DNA from: an uncultured delta proteobacterium
Lineage (GTDB): Bacteria; Myxococcota; Myxococcia; Myxococcales; Myxococcaceae
Length of the DNA: 64,000 nucleotides
Direction of reading: 5' to 3'
Assembly: GCA_963713045.1 (NCBI GenBank)
Contig: CAVQKE010000003.1
Span: 896,001 to 960,000, forward strand
A program made the position numbers and the translations under genes. A model generated the notes under the pieces. The model saw nothing but the letters and a program-made list of their open reading frames with translations. It made no database searches and was not told where the DNA came from. Positions 46,665 through 58,727 of the stretch are shown here, in pieces; within the stretch, counting starts at the first letter, position 1; the number at the start of each line of letters is the position of its first letter.

Positions 46665-48254
46665 TTAGCGGCGGTAAATGTGCCAGGGCCGGTCGAAGCC
46701 TTTGACCTCGCGAAACACCTGTCCGGCGAAATAGAGCGTCGGCCCCTCGACCCGCACATCGGCCTCGTGGTCCAGCCCCCCACCCTCGTACCGGACGAGG
46801 GTGTCCGGCTTGGCTGACGCCACCTGCTCCCGGAAGTTCTCCCACCGCTGACGGGCCAGGCGCTCCTCCGGTAGCCCGCTGAAGAAGCCAATCTGCAAGT
46901 CCCAGTAGTGCGGGTCGGAGTCGATGACCGCGGCGCGTCCGTTGGGCAGAACCTCCGTCTGCAGGTAGTTCGCCACCTTCATCACCTGGGGTGGATTGGT
47001 GGAGACCGGCGCGACCGGCCGGAGCGAGCTCGCCAGCCCATCATCCTTGCGGAACGAGACCGCGGTCATCGCCAGCGGCGTTACCACCGCCACGAGCACC
47101 GTTGCCACGACCCAGCTGCGCCGCGACACCGGCGACCGGCCAGCCATCGCTGCTTCAAACCCGGGAAGCAGGAAGGGAAGCACCAGCGCCACCTGGCCCA
47201 CCGTAAATCTCGCCAGCGGCACAAAGTTGAGCAGCACGGTGGCGCGAAAGGTGAAGAGGAGGACCGGCACCAGGGCTGTCCAAACCAGCCATCGGTGCTT
47301 GGGGTCGGTGCGGAAGATGTGCACCATTCCACGCATTCCAAAGTACGCCGCCAGGGGTGAGAGGGTGAGCAGCGCCACCGCCGGCCAGAAGACGAGGTTC
47401 TGCGCCCGGTAGCCAACGGAGGTCCAGCGCGCAATGCCGTCCAGCACCCACGTCTTGTGGAACGACTCGATGTACAGCATCGGTGCGAACGGGTTGCCCC
47501 GCGCCCGCTCATTCCCTTGCATCCACAGCAGCGGAAAGGGCAGTGACACCAGCGCGAAGCTGACGGCGCGCGTCGCCGCAGCAATCCGGTCGCGGTCGCC
47601 CACCAGCAGGAGCACCACCAAAAGCGGCATCAACAGCCAGTAGTCGTAGCGCACAGCGCAGGCGAGGTTGAGGACCGCCGCCGAGCCAAGCAGGGCTCCG
47701 AAGCGGTTTTCTTCGACGCCCTTGGAGAAGAGGTCCAACACCCACAACACCAGAAACAGCCCCAGTGCCTCGCTCCCGGCGGTGGTGGACATTTGGATGT
47801 GCATTCCCCACAGCGCCAGCCCGAGCACCGCCACCACGCCGGCCTGCCACCCAAAGAGGCGCCGGGTCAGGGCGTAGAGGGGAAAGACGGTGAGGACGCC
47901 GAACAGCAAGCTGACCCAGCGGCCGGCATCCTCCTTCACCAGCCCAGTGGCGAGCGCCAGCGCCACTGCGTAGAGGTGCAGCGGCCCAAATTGGTAGGCA
48001 CCATCGTCCATGCTGGCAATCCAATGCGGACGTTCCAGCCAGCGGCCGGCCAGTTCGGTCCGGACCACCGCGTCTCCATAGAGGTTCTCGCTGAACGGGA
48101 AGACGATGGCCCGTGGCAACAGGACGGCCGCGCACAACAGCGCCAAGACCAGCGAGGCCCGGGGCTCGGCGCTTTCCCGAGGCAAGGAAACCGAGCGGGA
48201 GGTGGGCAGCCCAGCGGGCGCAGGTTCAGCGGCAACCTCTGCGGGGACGGTCAT
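46665..48254 (-). CDS. ArnT/PMT-like (GT39/GT83, GT-C fold) glycosyltransferase
   Basis: YGDAVVR first loop, FGPLH, RWVSLLFG, GSEAL, VRYD; many TM segments; start uncertain. Confidence 0.8.
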   Translation of the reverse strand: MTVPAEVAAEPAPAGLPTSRSVSLPRESAEPRASLVLALLCAAVLLPRAIVFPFSENLYGDAVVRTELAGRWLERPHWIASMDDGAYQFGPLHLYAVALALATGLVKEDAGRWVSLLFGVLTVFPLYALTRRLFGWQAGVVAVLGLALWGMHIQMSTTAGSEALGLFLVLWVLDLFSKGVEENRFGALLGSAAVLNLACAVRYDYWLLMPLLVVLLLVGDRDRIAAATRAVSFALVSLPFPLLWMQGNERARGNPFAPMLYIESFHKTWVLDGIARWTSVGYRAQNLVFWPAVALLTLSPLAAYFGMRGMVHIFRTDPKHRWLVWTALVPVLLFTFRATVLLNFVPLARFTVGQVALVLPFLLPGFEAAMAGRSPVSRRSWVVATVLVAVVTPLAMTAVSFRKDDGLASSLRPVAPVSTNPPQVMKVANYLQTEVLPNGRAAVIDSDPHYWDLQIGFFSGLPEERLARQRWENFREQVASAKPDTLVRYEGGGLDHEADVRVEGPTLYFAGQVFREVKGFDRPWHIYRR

Positions 48255-48520
48255 TGGGTCGTCGATGCGGGCTGGAACTAGCCCAAAGAAGGCCCACTTG
48301 GAAGCGCCCAAGTCTCCAGGGAGTGCCGGACTTCGCAGACGTGGTCCTCCCTCGGCTATACTGTCTTCGTTGCCTCTTCACCCCGTGCCGCCGCAGTGCT
48401 CTACGAGGCGTCGTCGAGCGGACATGCGTCGCGGTTTGAGCCCGCGGCGGGGTCCCGGAGGGGCCAGTAGGACTGAACTCCGGGAAATCGCCGGTCCCTG
48501 GTGGCGAGTGAGGACGTGAC

Positions 48521-50581
<2,061 letters not shown>

Positions 50582-50583
50582 GC

Positions 50584-51693
50584 GTGTCACTGAAGATTCA
50601 TCAGGACCACGGCCGTTTCAAACAAATCGTCCGGGGGAAGATTAAAGCCAACCTTCGCCGCTATGTGCAGAAGGGAGAGATGCTCGGCAAACGGGGCAAG
50701 GACACCATCTCCATTCCCATCCCGTTCATCGACATCCCCCACTTCAAGTATGGCCACCGCGAGCAGGGTGGAGTCGGCCAAGGCGATGGGGAGGTCGGCC
50801 AGCAGCTTTCACCGGGGGCGGTGCAGCCCGGCGACGGCCAGCAGGCGGGACAAGGCGAAGGTGAGCACGCCTTGGAGGTCGACGTCAGTCTCGAGGAATT
50901 GGCCACCATCCTCGGCGAAGAGCTCTCGTTGCCCAACATCGAGCGCAAAGGCAAAGAGCAGGTCGTCGCGCAGAAGATTCGGTACACCGGAGTCCACACC
51001 ACCGGGCCAGAGTCGCTCCGACATTTTAAGCGCACTTACAAGCAGGCCCTCCGCCGGCAGATTGCGCTCGGCACCTACGACGCCACTCGGCCGATCATCA
51101 TCCCCACCCGTGAGGACCGGCGCTACCGCAGCTATCGTCTGCAGCAACTCCCGGAAACCAACGCTGTCATCCTCTACATGATGGACGTCTCCGGCTCGAT
51201 GGGCGACGAGCAGAAAGAGATCGTCCGCATCGAGAGCTTTTGGCTCGATACTTGGCTACGCCATCAGTACAAGGGGCTTGAGTGTCGCTACCTCATCCAT
51301 GATGCGGTGGCCCGCGAGGTGGACCGCGACACCTTCTTCCACACCCGAGAGTCGGGCGGGACGATGATTAGCTCCGCCTACAAGCTGTGCAAGGAAATCA
51401 TCCAATCCGATTATCCAAGCGCAAGCTGGAACATCTATCCCTTCCACTTCAGTGACGGGGACAACTGGAGCGCGGACGACACGCGGCACTGCGTGGAGAT
51501 GCTCAAGGCGGACATCCTCCCCCACGTGAACCAGTTCGCCTACGGGCAGGTGGAGAGCCCCTACGGAAGCGGTCAGTTCATCAAAGATCTCCGTGAGTCC
51601 ATCGGCGAATTGGACAACGTGGCGCTCTCCGAAATCGCCGATAAGGATGCGATTTACCAGTCCATCAAAGACTTCCTTGGACGGGGGAAGTGA
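50584..51693 (+). CDS. yeaH: YeaH/YhbH (DUF444) vWA protein
   Basis: DHGRF, Gly-rich segment, [27 protein letters not shown] at 50584. Confidence 0.9.
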   Translation: MSLKIHQDHGRFKQIVRGKIKANLRRYVQKGEMLGKRGKDTISIPIPFIDIPHFKYGHREQGGVGQGDGEVGQQLSPGAVQPGDGQQAGQGEGEHALEVDVSLEELATILGEELSLPNIERKGKEQVVAQKIRYTGVHTTGPESLRHFKRTYKQALRRQIALGTYDATRPIIIPTREDRRYRSYRLQQLPETNAVILYMMDVSGSMGDEQKEIVRIESFWLDTWLRHQYKGLECRYLIHDAVAREVDRDTFFHTRESGGTMISSAYKLCKEIIQSDYPSASWNIYPFHFSDGDNWSADDTRHCVEMLKADILPHVNQFAYGQVESPYGSGQFIKDLRESIGELDNVALSEIADKDAIYQSIKDFLGRGK

Positions 51694-51697
51694 CGCC

Positions 51698-53191
51698 ATG
51701 CCCCGGGGCCTGACGCCACAGCTGGGCGCGCTCAAGGAGACCATCGAAGGTTACGCACGCGGCTACGGGCTGGACTTCTTCGAGACAGTCTTCGAGCTGG
51801 TCACCTACGACGAGTTGAATATGGTGGCCGCTTACGGCGGCTTTCCCAACCGCTACCCGCATTGGCGCTGGGGCATGGAGTACGAGCAGCTTTCCAAGGG
51901 ATATGAGTACGGGCTGTCGAAAATTTACGAACTGGTTATCAACAACGACCCCACCTACGCATACCTCATGGAGAGCAACGCCGAGGTGGACCAAAAGCTG
52001 GTGATGGCCCACGTCTACGGCCATGCCGACTTCTTCAAGAACAACTTTTACTTCCAGCACACCAACCGCCGGATGATTGACGAGATGGCCAACCACGCCA
52101 CCCGCATCCGCCGCTGGGTCGACAAAATCGGCATCGAAAAAATTGAGGACTTCATCGACCGGGGGCTGAGCCTCGAGAACCTGATCGACTACCACTCGCC
52201 CTACATCCGCCGAAACCCGGACCCTCGCCGCGCCGAAGAAGAGGAGAAAAGCAACGAGCGGGTGGAGGGTTTCCGCGTCGGCCGCGAGTACATGCGCGGA
52301 TTCGTGAACCCGATTGAGTTCCTAGACCAGCAGCGCAGGAAGGTGGAAGAACAGAAGCAGCGTAAGAAGCAGTTCCCGGAGCGGCCGCAGCGCGACGTCC
52401 TGCTCTTTCTGCTCGAGCACGCTCCCCTCGAGCCCTGGGAATTCGACATCCTGGCCACGCTTCGTGAGGAGGCCTATTACTTCGCTCCTCAAGGTCAGAC
52501 CAAAATCATGAACGAGGGCTGGGCCAGTTACTGGCACTCGAAAATCATGACGCAGAAGGCGCTCAAGGACGACGAGGTCATCGACTACGCTGACCACCAC
52601 TCAGGCACCATGGGCACCCGTCCGGGAGCGCTCAATCCTTACAAGTTAGGCATCGAGCTGTTCCGCGACATCGAGGAGCGCTGGGACAAGGGCCGGTTCG
52701 GCAAGGAATGGGATGAGTGTGACGATCTTCGTGCGCGCCGCGCCTGGGACCGGAAGCTTGGCCTAGGCAAGGAGAAAATCTTCGAGGTGCGCAAGCACTA
52801 CAACGATGTGACGTTCATTGACACTTTTCTCACTCCCGAGTTTGCGCTGGAGCAGAAGCTTTTCGTCTACGGCTTCAACGACAAGCGCAATAGTTGGGAA
52901 ATCCTCGACCGCGAATTCCGCAAGGTGAAGAGCAAGCTCCTCAGCCAGCTGACCAACTTTGGGAACCCCATTGTCGAGGTGGTGGACGCCAACTTCGACA
53001 ACCGAGGCGAGTTGCTGCTGGCACATAAGCACGACGGCCAGGACTTGAAACAGGACTACGCTCGGGAAACGCTCAAGAACCTGGCCACGCTGTGGCGCCG
53101 GCCGGTGAATCTGGTCACCCGCGTCGAGGGCAAGGGAGTCGCCCTTCGCTTTGACGGGCAAAGCCACTCGGAGAAGAAGGTCGAGCTGTAA
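51698..53191 (+). CDS. spoVR: SpoVR/YcgB family protein
   Basis: [49 protein letters not shown]. Confidence 0.93.
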   Translation: MPRGLTPQLGALKETIEGYARGYGLDFFETVFELVTYDELNMVAAYGGFPNRYPHWRWGMEYEQLSKGYEYGLSKIYELVINNDPTYAYLMESNAEVDQKLVMAHVYGHADFFKNNFYFQHTNRRMIDEMANHATRIRRWVDKIGIEKIEDFIDRGLSLENLIDYHSPYIRRNPDPRRAEEEEKSNERVEGFRVGREYMRGFVNPIEFLDQQRRKVEEQKQRKKQFPERPQRDVLLFLLEHAPLEPWEFDILATLREEAYYFAPQGQTKIMNEGWASYWHSKIMTQKALKDDEVIDYADHHSGTMGTRPGALNPYKLGIELFRDIEERWDKGRFGKEWDECDDLRARRAWDRKLGLGKEKIFEVRKHYNDVTFIDTFLTPEFALEQKLFVYGFNDKRNSWEILDREFRKVKSKLLSQLTNFGNPIVEVVDANFDNRGELLLAHKHDGQDLKQDYARETLKNLATLWRRPVNLVTRVEGKGVALRFDGQSHSEKKVEL

Positions 53192-53198
53192 AGCCGGC

Positions 53199-53849
53199 TC
53201 AGTCCTCGGGTACCCCTCTCTGTCCGACGAAATGGTCGGACTTCTCTGCAAAGAGAATGTTGAAGCTGGTGAGGCTGCCGTAGCAGCGGGTGATGTACTG
53301 CTGCATCTCCACACGCTCGGCGTCGGTCAGTTTGGGATGGGCGTTGAGCTTCTGTTCGAGCGTTCGAAGCCGGTCCCGCACCATCACCACTTTGTGAAAT
53401 AGCGCATCAATGGGGAGCTCCTTGCCTTGGAGTTCGGCCTTGCCAGGGACCAGTTGTAGAACGCCCCCTTCCCACTTGGCCGCTAGAGGCGGCGGGTCGC
53501 GGTCACCGGCTGCTTCCCGGAAGACCTCCATCAGTTCCTCGCGCGTCATGTCGAATACCTCGGTCAAAGGCGTTTCCGGGGAGCGTCGCCTCGCCACCGA
53601 GGCGACCGGGGTCGCAGCCGTTTTTCGGCGTCCGACCCTCTCAGCTACCGCCGGCCCAGTGCCACCCCTTGGCGAAAAGGCATTGCAAATCGGCGCGGTC
53701 GGCGGAAAGAGACCGCGCTGCGGCTGAAAGCGGCAGGGACCGACCCATCCCCGCACCTCGTCCAGGGAGTAGGGAGTCCAGAGGCGGCAAGCGCCGCAGA
53801 GGTGAGCATCAGCAGCGAAGCGAGGCAGCGGAGGTGTGGCTTCCGTCAT
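53199..53849 (-). CDS. Hypothetical protein with N-terminal Cys4 motif
   Basis: CGAC...GPC...PIC N-terminus; C-terminal FHKVVMVRDRLRTLEQKLN...YITRCYGSLTSFN. Confidence 0.7.
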   Translation of the reverse strand: MTEATPPLPRFAADAHLCGACRLWTPYSLDEVRGWVGPCRFQPQRGLFPPTAPICNAFSPRGGTGPAVAERVGRRKTAATPVASVARRRSPETPLTEVFDMTREELMEVFREAAGDRDPPPLAAKWEGGVLQLVPGKAELQGKELPIDALFHKVVMVRDRLRTLEQKLNAHPKLTDAERVEMQQYITRCYGSLTSFNILFAEKSDHFVGQRGVPED

Positions 53850-53861
53850 CCTCTGTGGCCC

Positions 53862-55370
53862 TTACCACGACGCCGAACAGACCGCCCGGCGCAAAATCTC
53901 TGGCTGAGGAACGTCTTCTGGATGACCGAGCCGTTGCTTCATCCATACCAGCCGCACATCTCGCATCCGCCGCTGGGGCGGTGCATGGGCGTTCCAGTCC
54001 ACGCAGCGCCAGCGGAGCCACGCCGCCCGGCTGGCTTCCACCGTCGCACGCTGTTCACTCCGCAGCGGCCAGGGGGCAAGCACATTGGCGACATAATGAC
54101 GCCAGCGCCGGTCAGGAAAGGTGTCTGCCACGTTGGTTGGACGACTCATCCGCACCGGGACTCCACTGCCCAAGACATCCACCTCGGTGCCGTCCTCGAG
54201 GTTCCCCACCAACTCCACCCACCCATCGGTCATCACGAATGCGGTGACCGGGTTTGGCGAAAACAGCGACCAGTACTGCTGCAGTCCGACGGCGCGAGCC
54301 GCCCAGATGGCTGCCCGCGGAACCGGAAAGCGTGGCGCGACCACCGTCAGGTTGAAAAGCAACACCACGGTGAGACCAAAGGCGACCAGCCAAATGGCAA
54401 AGGGCAGCCTCCCCCGCGGAAGCCGGGCTCCCGCTTCGGGCGCGAATGCACCTCCCAGCGAGCCCACGCCTAACCAACGCTCGAGACCCTCCCAAGTTGA
54501 CGACGGTAGCAGCGTTAGCCAGGCGGCAATGGCCACCGCCGGAAAGAGGCCAAGACGCAGCAACAGCGCGAGGGCGATGTGCATCAGGACGAACCCCAAG
54601 ACCACCAAGCCACGGGCCGGTCGCCACCAGCCCGAGAAAAGGAGGAGAAAGGGAGCCAGTAGCTCGAAGGCAAGAACGGCGTAGGTGGCGAGGACGAGCA
54701 CCGACGGAAAGGCGCGTACCGCTTGACCGAGGGCAGTCTCATAACGGCCGATGGCCAGGGCATCGGAGATGGCCGTCCCGGAGGTCCACCACAGAGACTG
54801 CAACTTGGCGATGGCGCTCACCCAATAAATCACCAGCAGCTGGAGCACCCAGCCAGCCGTCGCTGGCCCAAGGACAGTGTCGCCCGAGACGCCCGTGAGG
54901 GGATGCCAGACGCGGCCCCTCAGCCGGTCCACCGACCAGCGCGCTCCCCAGGGGAGCAGACACCCCCAGATGAGCAGCACCCGAAGCAGGTCGTCTTGGC
55001 CGTCGCGCAATAAGGGGTTTCGGCCGTGCAAGGAAACCAGCAGCGCGGCGCTACCCAGCGTGGACCAGAAGGTCCGGAACCCGACCAGCAAGCCGAAGGC
55101 AAACACCGCGTGGACGCCGAACAGCAGCGCCTCGAACGAAGTCGAGGCCCCCAAGGTGTGCAGCGACCAGAGGAAGTCCCATGCCTGGAGGCGAAACTCT
55201 GCTCGCGGCAATACCCCGGCATCGCTGTAGTGGGCGGTCAGGTCAGCGGCGCGAAGTCCGAGGTCGAGCAGCAGCAGCGCCCCCAGAAAAATTCTGCCGA
55301 GCGCCAGGCTCCGCGCGTCGAGCGTGAAGGGGCCTGGACTCCGGGGCGGGGCGAGAGCTGGAGAACGCAT
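53862..55370 (-). CDS. HTTM-domain membrane protein
   Basis: DARSLALGRI, HYSDAGVLP, RNP, WSVD, IYWVSAIAK, QYWSLFSP; many TM segments. Confidence 0.82.
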   Translation of the reverse strand: MRSPALAPPRSPGPFTLDARSLALGRIFLGALLLLDLGLRAADLTAHYSDAGVLPRAEFRLQAWDFLWSLHTLGASTSFEALLFGVHAVFAFGLLVGFRTFWSTLGSAALLVSLHGRNPLLRDGQDDLLRVLLIWGCLLPWGARWSVDRLRGRVWHPLTGVSGDTVLGPATAGWVLQLLVIYWVSAIAKLQSLWWTSGTAISDALAIGRYETALGQAVRAFPSVLVLATYAVLAFELLAPFLLLFSGWWRPARGLVVLGFVLMHIALALLLRLGLFPAVAIAAWLTLLPSSTWEGLERWLGVGSLGGAFAPEAGARLPRGRLPFAIWLVAFGLTVVLLFNLTVVAPRFPVPRAAIWAARAVGLQQYWSLFSPNPVTAFVMTDGWVELVGNLEDGTEVDVLGSGVPVRMSRPTNVADTFPDRRWRHYVANVLAPWPLRSEQRATVEASRAAWLRWRCVDWNAHAPPQRRMRDVRLVWMKQRLGHPEDVPQPEILRRAVCSASW

Positions 55371-55625
55371 GCACCTCTGGCTGTTGCCGTAGCCTAGTCG
55401 ACAGGGAAGAAGGCGCTACCTTCATCCCCTGCAGCGTCCGAAAAGCCTCCCTTTCCGGGGGAGCGTTGGCGGGCGGCTCTCCATTCTCGAGCCACCCTCT
55501 TCTTGGGCGTTGGCACTCAGCGAGTCGGATGGATAGGCTCGCGTGTCGCTCGGCATGGGCGCCCAAGCGCAAAAAGAAGTGACGGCTCGCGCTCAGCATC
55601 GCGCCGGGCCCAGACAGGAGGCGTG

Positions 55626-55982
55626 ATGCGAGAGCTGGACGGGGAACAGATGATGGTGCGCATCTTTCTCGGCGAGGACGACCGGTGGCAGGGGCAGTTC
55701 CTGCACGTCGCGCTCATCGAGCGCTTCCGAAGGGAAGGCATTGCCGGGGCCACAGTTTTCCGCGGCATCAGTGGCTACGGGGCACGGAGCGTCGTCCACA
55801 GCACCCATCTGTTGCGCCTGTCCGAGGACCTCCCGATGGTGGTCGAAGTCGTCGACACCCCGGAACACATTGAGCGGATGTTGCCCATCATTGACAGCAT
55901 GGTCACCGAAGGCCTCGTCACTTTGGAAAAGGTTCGGGTCATCAAGTACGCGCCGGGTTCAGCCCGGCCGTCCCGCCGGTGA
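55626..55982 (+). CDS. DUF190 (PII-like) protein
   Basis: RIFLGEDD, GIAGATVFRGISGYG, LSEDLPMVVEVVD; AGGAGG RBS. Confidence 0.88.
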   Translation: MRELDGEQMMVRIFLGEDDRWQGQFLHVALIERFRREGIAGATVFRGISGYGARSVVHSTHLLRLSEDLPMVVEVVDTPEHIERMLPIIDSMVTEGLVTLEKVRVIKYAPGSARPSRR

Positions 55983-56037
55983 GCTTCCCTCCGGCCCCGA
56001 CGCCAGCGGGCCACGTCCGAACTAACGGACCGCTCGA

Positions 56038-57276
56038 ATGAACGCGCCCCAGACTCCGCCCTCGACCGATTCGCCCCCCACGTCAACCGCTGGCGCGGGG
56101 TGGCTGAATCGCAGCGTGCTGGGTATTGGGCTGGCCAGTCTTCTGTCCGACGTGGGCCATGAGATGGCGACCTCCGTCCTGCCTCTCCTGGTGGTGACAC
56201 TCGGCGGGGCGTCGGCCACTCTGGGGTTGATTGAGGGCGTTGCCGATGCAGCGTCCAGCTTCGCCAAGCTGTTGTCGGGGCTCTACAGCGACCGCCTCAA
56301 GCGCCGGAAGCCCCTGGCCGTGGCTGGCTACTTCCTCACCGCTTCGGGCATGGCCAGTTTCGCTTTCGCCACGCAGACCTGGCAGCTCCTGGTTGGCCGC
56401 GTCATCGGATGGATTGGCCGCGGCGCGCGAACCCCGGTCAAGAATGTGCTGCTGACTGAGGCGACCACGCCCGCCACCTATGGACATGCCTTCGGGCTCG
56501 AGCGGACGATGGACAGCGCAGGCGCCGTGGTGGGCCCGCTCCTCGCGCTCGGCTTGGTTGGAGCCATCGGCGTCCGTCCAACGCTGGCCCTCACCCTGGT
56601 GCCGGGTTGTCTCGCCGCCTTGGCCATTGCATTGCTCGTCCGAGAACGTGCCCATCCGCCTCCGCGGACACGGACCTTTTGGGCGAGCCTGCAGACGTTT
56701 CCGGTGCCCTACCGACGTTTTCTGGCGGGCGTCGGCATCGCCGGGCTGGGAGACTTTTCCAGCACGCTTCTCATTTTGTGGGCCACACAGGCCTGGGCAC
56801 CTCGCCTCGGACTGGTGGCAGCAGCACGCTGGGCGATGATTTTCTATGTCGGCTACAACGTCGTCTACACCGTCATGTGCTTCGTGGCGGGTGCACTCGC
56901 CGACGCCTACCCGAAGGTTTACGTTCTGGCGACCGGTTATCTTCTGGCAGCACTTCCCGCCGCTGTTCTCATTCTGCCTGGCGCTTCGTTCACCAAGTTT
57001 GCCGCTGTGTTCGCCCTGTCCGGCGTCTACATGGGGTTCTGGGAGACGGTGGAGGGGTCGGCTGCCGCCGAGTTGTTACCGTCGGAAGTCCGAGGTGTCG
57101 GGTTCGGAGTCCTGGCCACCGTCAACGGGTTTGGCGATTTGGTCTCCAGTGCGTTGGTCGGCCTCCTTTGGACCGTCTCCCCGCAGCTTGCCATGTTGAC
57201 GGTCATCGTCCTGTGCATCTTCGGAGCGCTGGTGGTGTTTCGCTCGAGAGGGCCGGCAGCGGTCGGCGGTCAATAG
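56038..57276 (+). CDS. MFS transporter
   Basis: About 12 TM segments; SLLSDVGHEM, GLYSDRLKRRKP motif A. Confidence 0.9.
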   Translation: MNAPQTPPSTDSPPTSTAGAGWLNRSVLGIGLASLLSDVGHEMATSVLPLLVVTLGGASATLGLIEGVADAASSFAKLLSGLYSDRLKRRKPLAVAGYFLTASGMASFAFATQTWQLLVGRVIGWIGRGARTPVKNVLLTEATTPATYGHAFGLERTMDSAGAVVGPLLALGLVGAIGVRPTLALTLVPGCLAALAIALLVRERAHPPPRTRTFWASLQTFPVPYRRFLAGVGIAGLGDFSSTLLILWATQAWAPRLGLVAAARWAMIFYVGYNVVYTVMCFVAGALADAYPKVYVLATGYLLAALPAAVLILPGASFTKFAAVFALSGVYMGFWETVEGSAAAELLPSEVRGVGFGVLATVNGFGDLVSSALVGLLWTVSPQLAMLTVIVLCIFGALVVFRSRGPAAVGGQ

Positions 57277-57471
57277 CGTCCGCCCGACCGCCAGCTTCCG
57301 GCGGAAGGACGTTCGTCACCATCAATCAGTCTGCCGTCGGAGCACTGTCGTCGGTGCGTTCCACACCTGGCCCCCGTTCCCCAGGGGGTGGGTGTCAACT
57401 CGGAGAGGGCGGCCGCTGAGCTTTCTGGGAGCCTGCGTCCGGTTCCGGTAGACTGGCGTGGTTAGCGTCCG

Positions 57472-58662
57472 ATGAGTCTACCCGCCCGCGCCGCGCTGGT
57501 TCTCCTTTCACTCATCGCCTTCCCTGGCCTGGGCGCGACCCGCATCATCAACAGGCGCGTTGAGCGCAACCAAATCCTCTTCCGCGCCCTTCGTGACGCA
57601 GGCCTGGACGGCGTGCAGGTGGACCGCGTGTTGTCGGCGCTGGGGGCCGTCTTCGACGTCCGCAAGTCGCGTGACGGCGACCAGCTACGACTGGTTCTAC
57701 GAGACGGGGAGGTCGACAACCTCGACTACCGTCAAAGCGCGGTGGACGAGTGGCAGGTGCGCCGGGAGGGTGACCGTCTGGTGGCCACCAAGCGTTCGGT
57801 GGACGTTGAGAAAACCGTGGCCAGGGTGGAACTTGAGGTGGGTAGCTCGCTGTACGAGGCAGCACTTGCGGCGGGCGAGGACCCGTCGCTCGCGCTGGCC
57901 CTGGCCGACGTCTTCGCTTGGGACATTGACTTCTATCTGGACGTCCGCAGAGGTGACCGGGTCGCTTGCTTGGTCGAGAAGTTCGTCTCTCAAGGGCGAC
58001 TGTTGCGCTATGGCGAGGTGCTCGCCGCCGACTACCGAGGCGAGACCGTCGGACACCGCCGAGTCTTCCACTACCAGTTGCCGGACGGCGAAGGGAGTTA
58101 CTTCCAGGAGGACGGCACTTCGACGCGCAAAGCATTTCTCAAGAGTCCGCTGAAATTTGCGCACGTCACCTCTGGATTCGGAAACCGGCTTCACCCGGTG
58201 CTGCAGTATGTCGCCGCACACCAAGGGGTGGACTACGCGGCCGCCGTGGGAACGCCGGTGTGGGCGGTGGCCGATGGCGTAGTCACTGTGGCCGGGGACA
58301 CCGGCCCCGGGGGAAACACCCTTTGCTTGCGGCACCACAACGGACTCGAAACCTGTTACCTCCACCTGTCCTCATTCGGCAGCGGAGTTCGCGTTGGCGC
58401 GCGCGTCAGTCAAAAGCAGGTCATCGCCCTTTCCGGAAACACCGGCCGCACGACCGGACCTCACCTGCATTACGCCCTGAAGCGCGGCGGCGTTTTCGTC
58501 AATCCGCTCAATCAGAAGTTCCCTCGCGCTGAGCCGGTACCGTCGCAGCTCCTTGCAGATTTCCTCGAAAAGCTTCGCCCCATGGCCGCCCAGCTCGATG
58601 CCGCTCCCGTGGCGAGGCGAGTTCGACCGTTGGTGCCGCCCGCCGTCCTTACCATTCCCTGA
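57472..58662 (+). CDS. M23-family peptidoglycan endopeptidase (MepM-like)
   Basis: HQGVD (HxxxD), YLHLS, TGPHLHY (HxH), WDIDF domain. Confidence 0.92.
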   Translation: MSLPARAALVLLSLIAFPGLGATRIINRRVERNQILFRALRDAGLDGVQVDRVLSALGAVFDVRKSRDGDQLRLVLRDGEVDNLDYRQSAVDEWQVRREGDRLVATKRSVDVEKTVARVELEVGSSLYEAALAAGEDPSLALALADVFAWDIDFYLDVRRGDRVACLVEKFVSQGRLLRYGEVLAADYRGETVGHRRVFHYQLPDGEGSYFQEDGTSTRKAFLKSPLKFAHVTSGFGNRLHPVLQYVAAHQGVDYAAAVGTPVWAVADGVVTVAGDTGPGGNTLCLRHHNGLETCYLHLSSFGSGVRVGARVSQKQVIALSGNTGRTTGPHLHYALKRGGVFVNPLNQKFPRAEPVPSQLLADFLEKLRPMAAQLDAAPVARRVRPLVPPAVLTIP

Positions 58663-58727
58663 GGGCCCGCTGGCGGGGCTGCCCCGTCGCGGAGAGGCCG
58701 CTGGCCCGCTACAGTCTCCTTCTCCCA

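Noticed and set aside
55381..55625. crcB remnant or fluoride riboswitch upstream of DUF190
   Set aside because: Only a chance GGALAG peptide; no hydrophobic CrcB frame and no riboswitch consensus.
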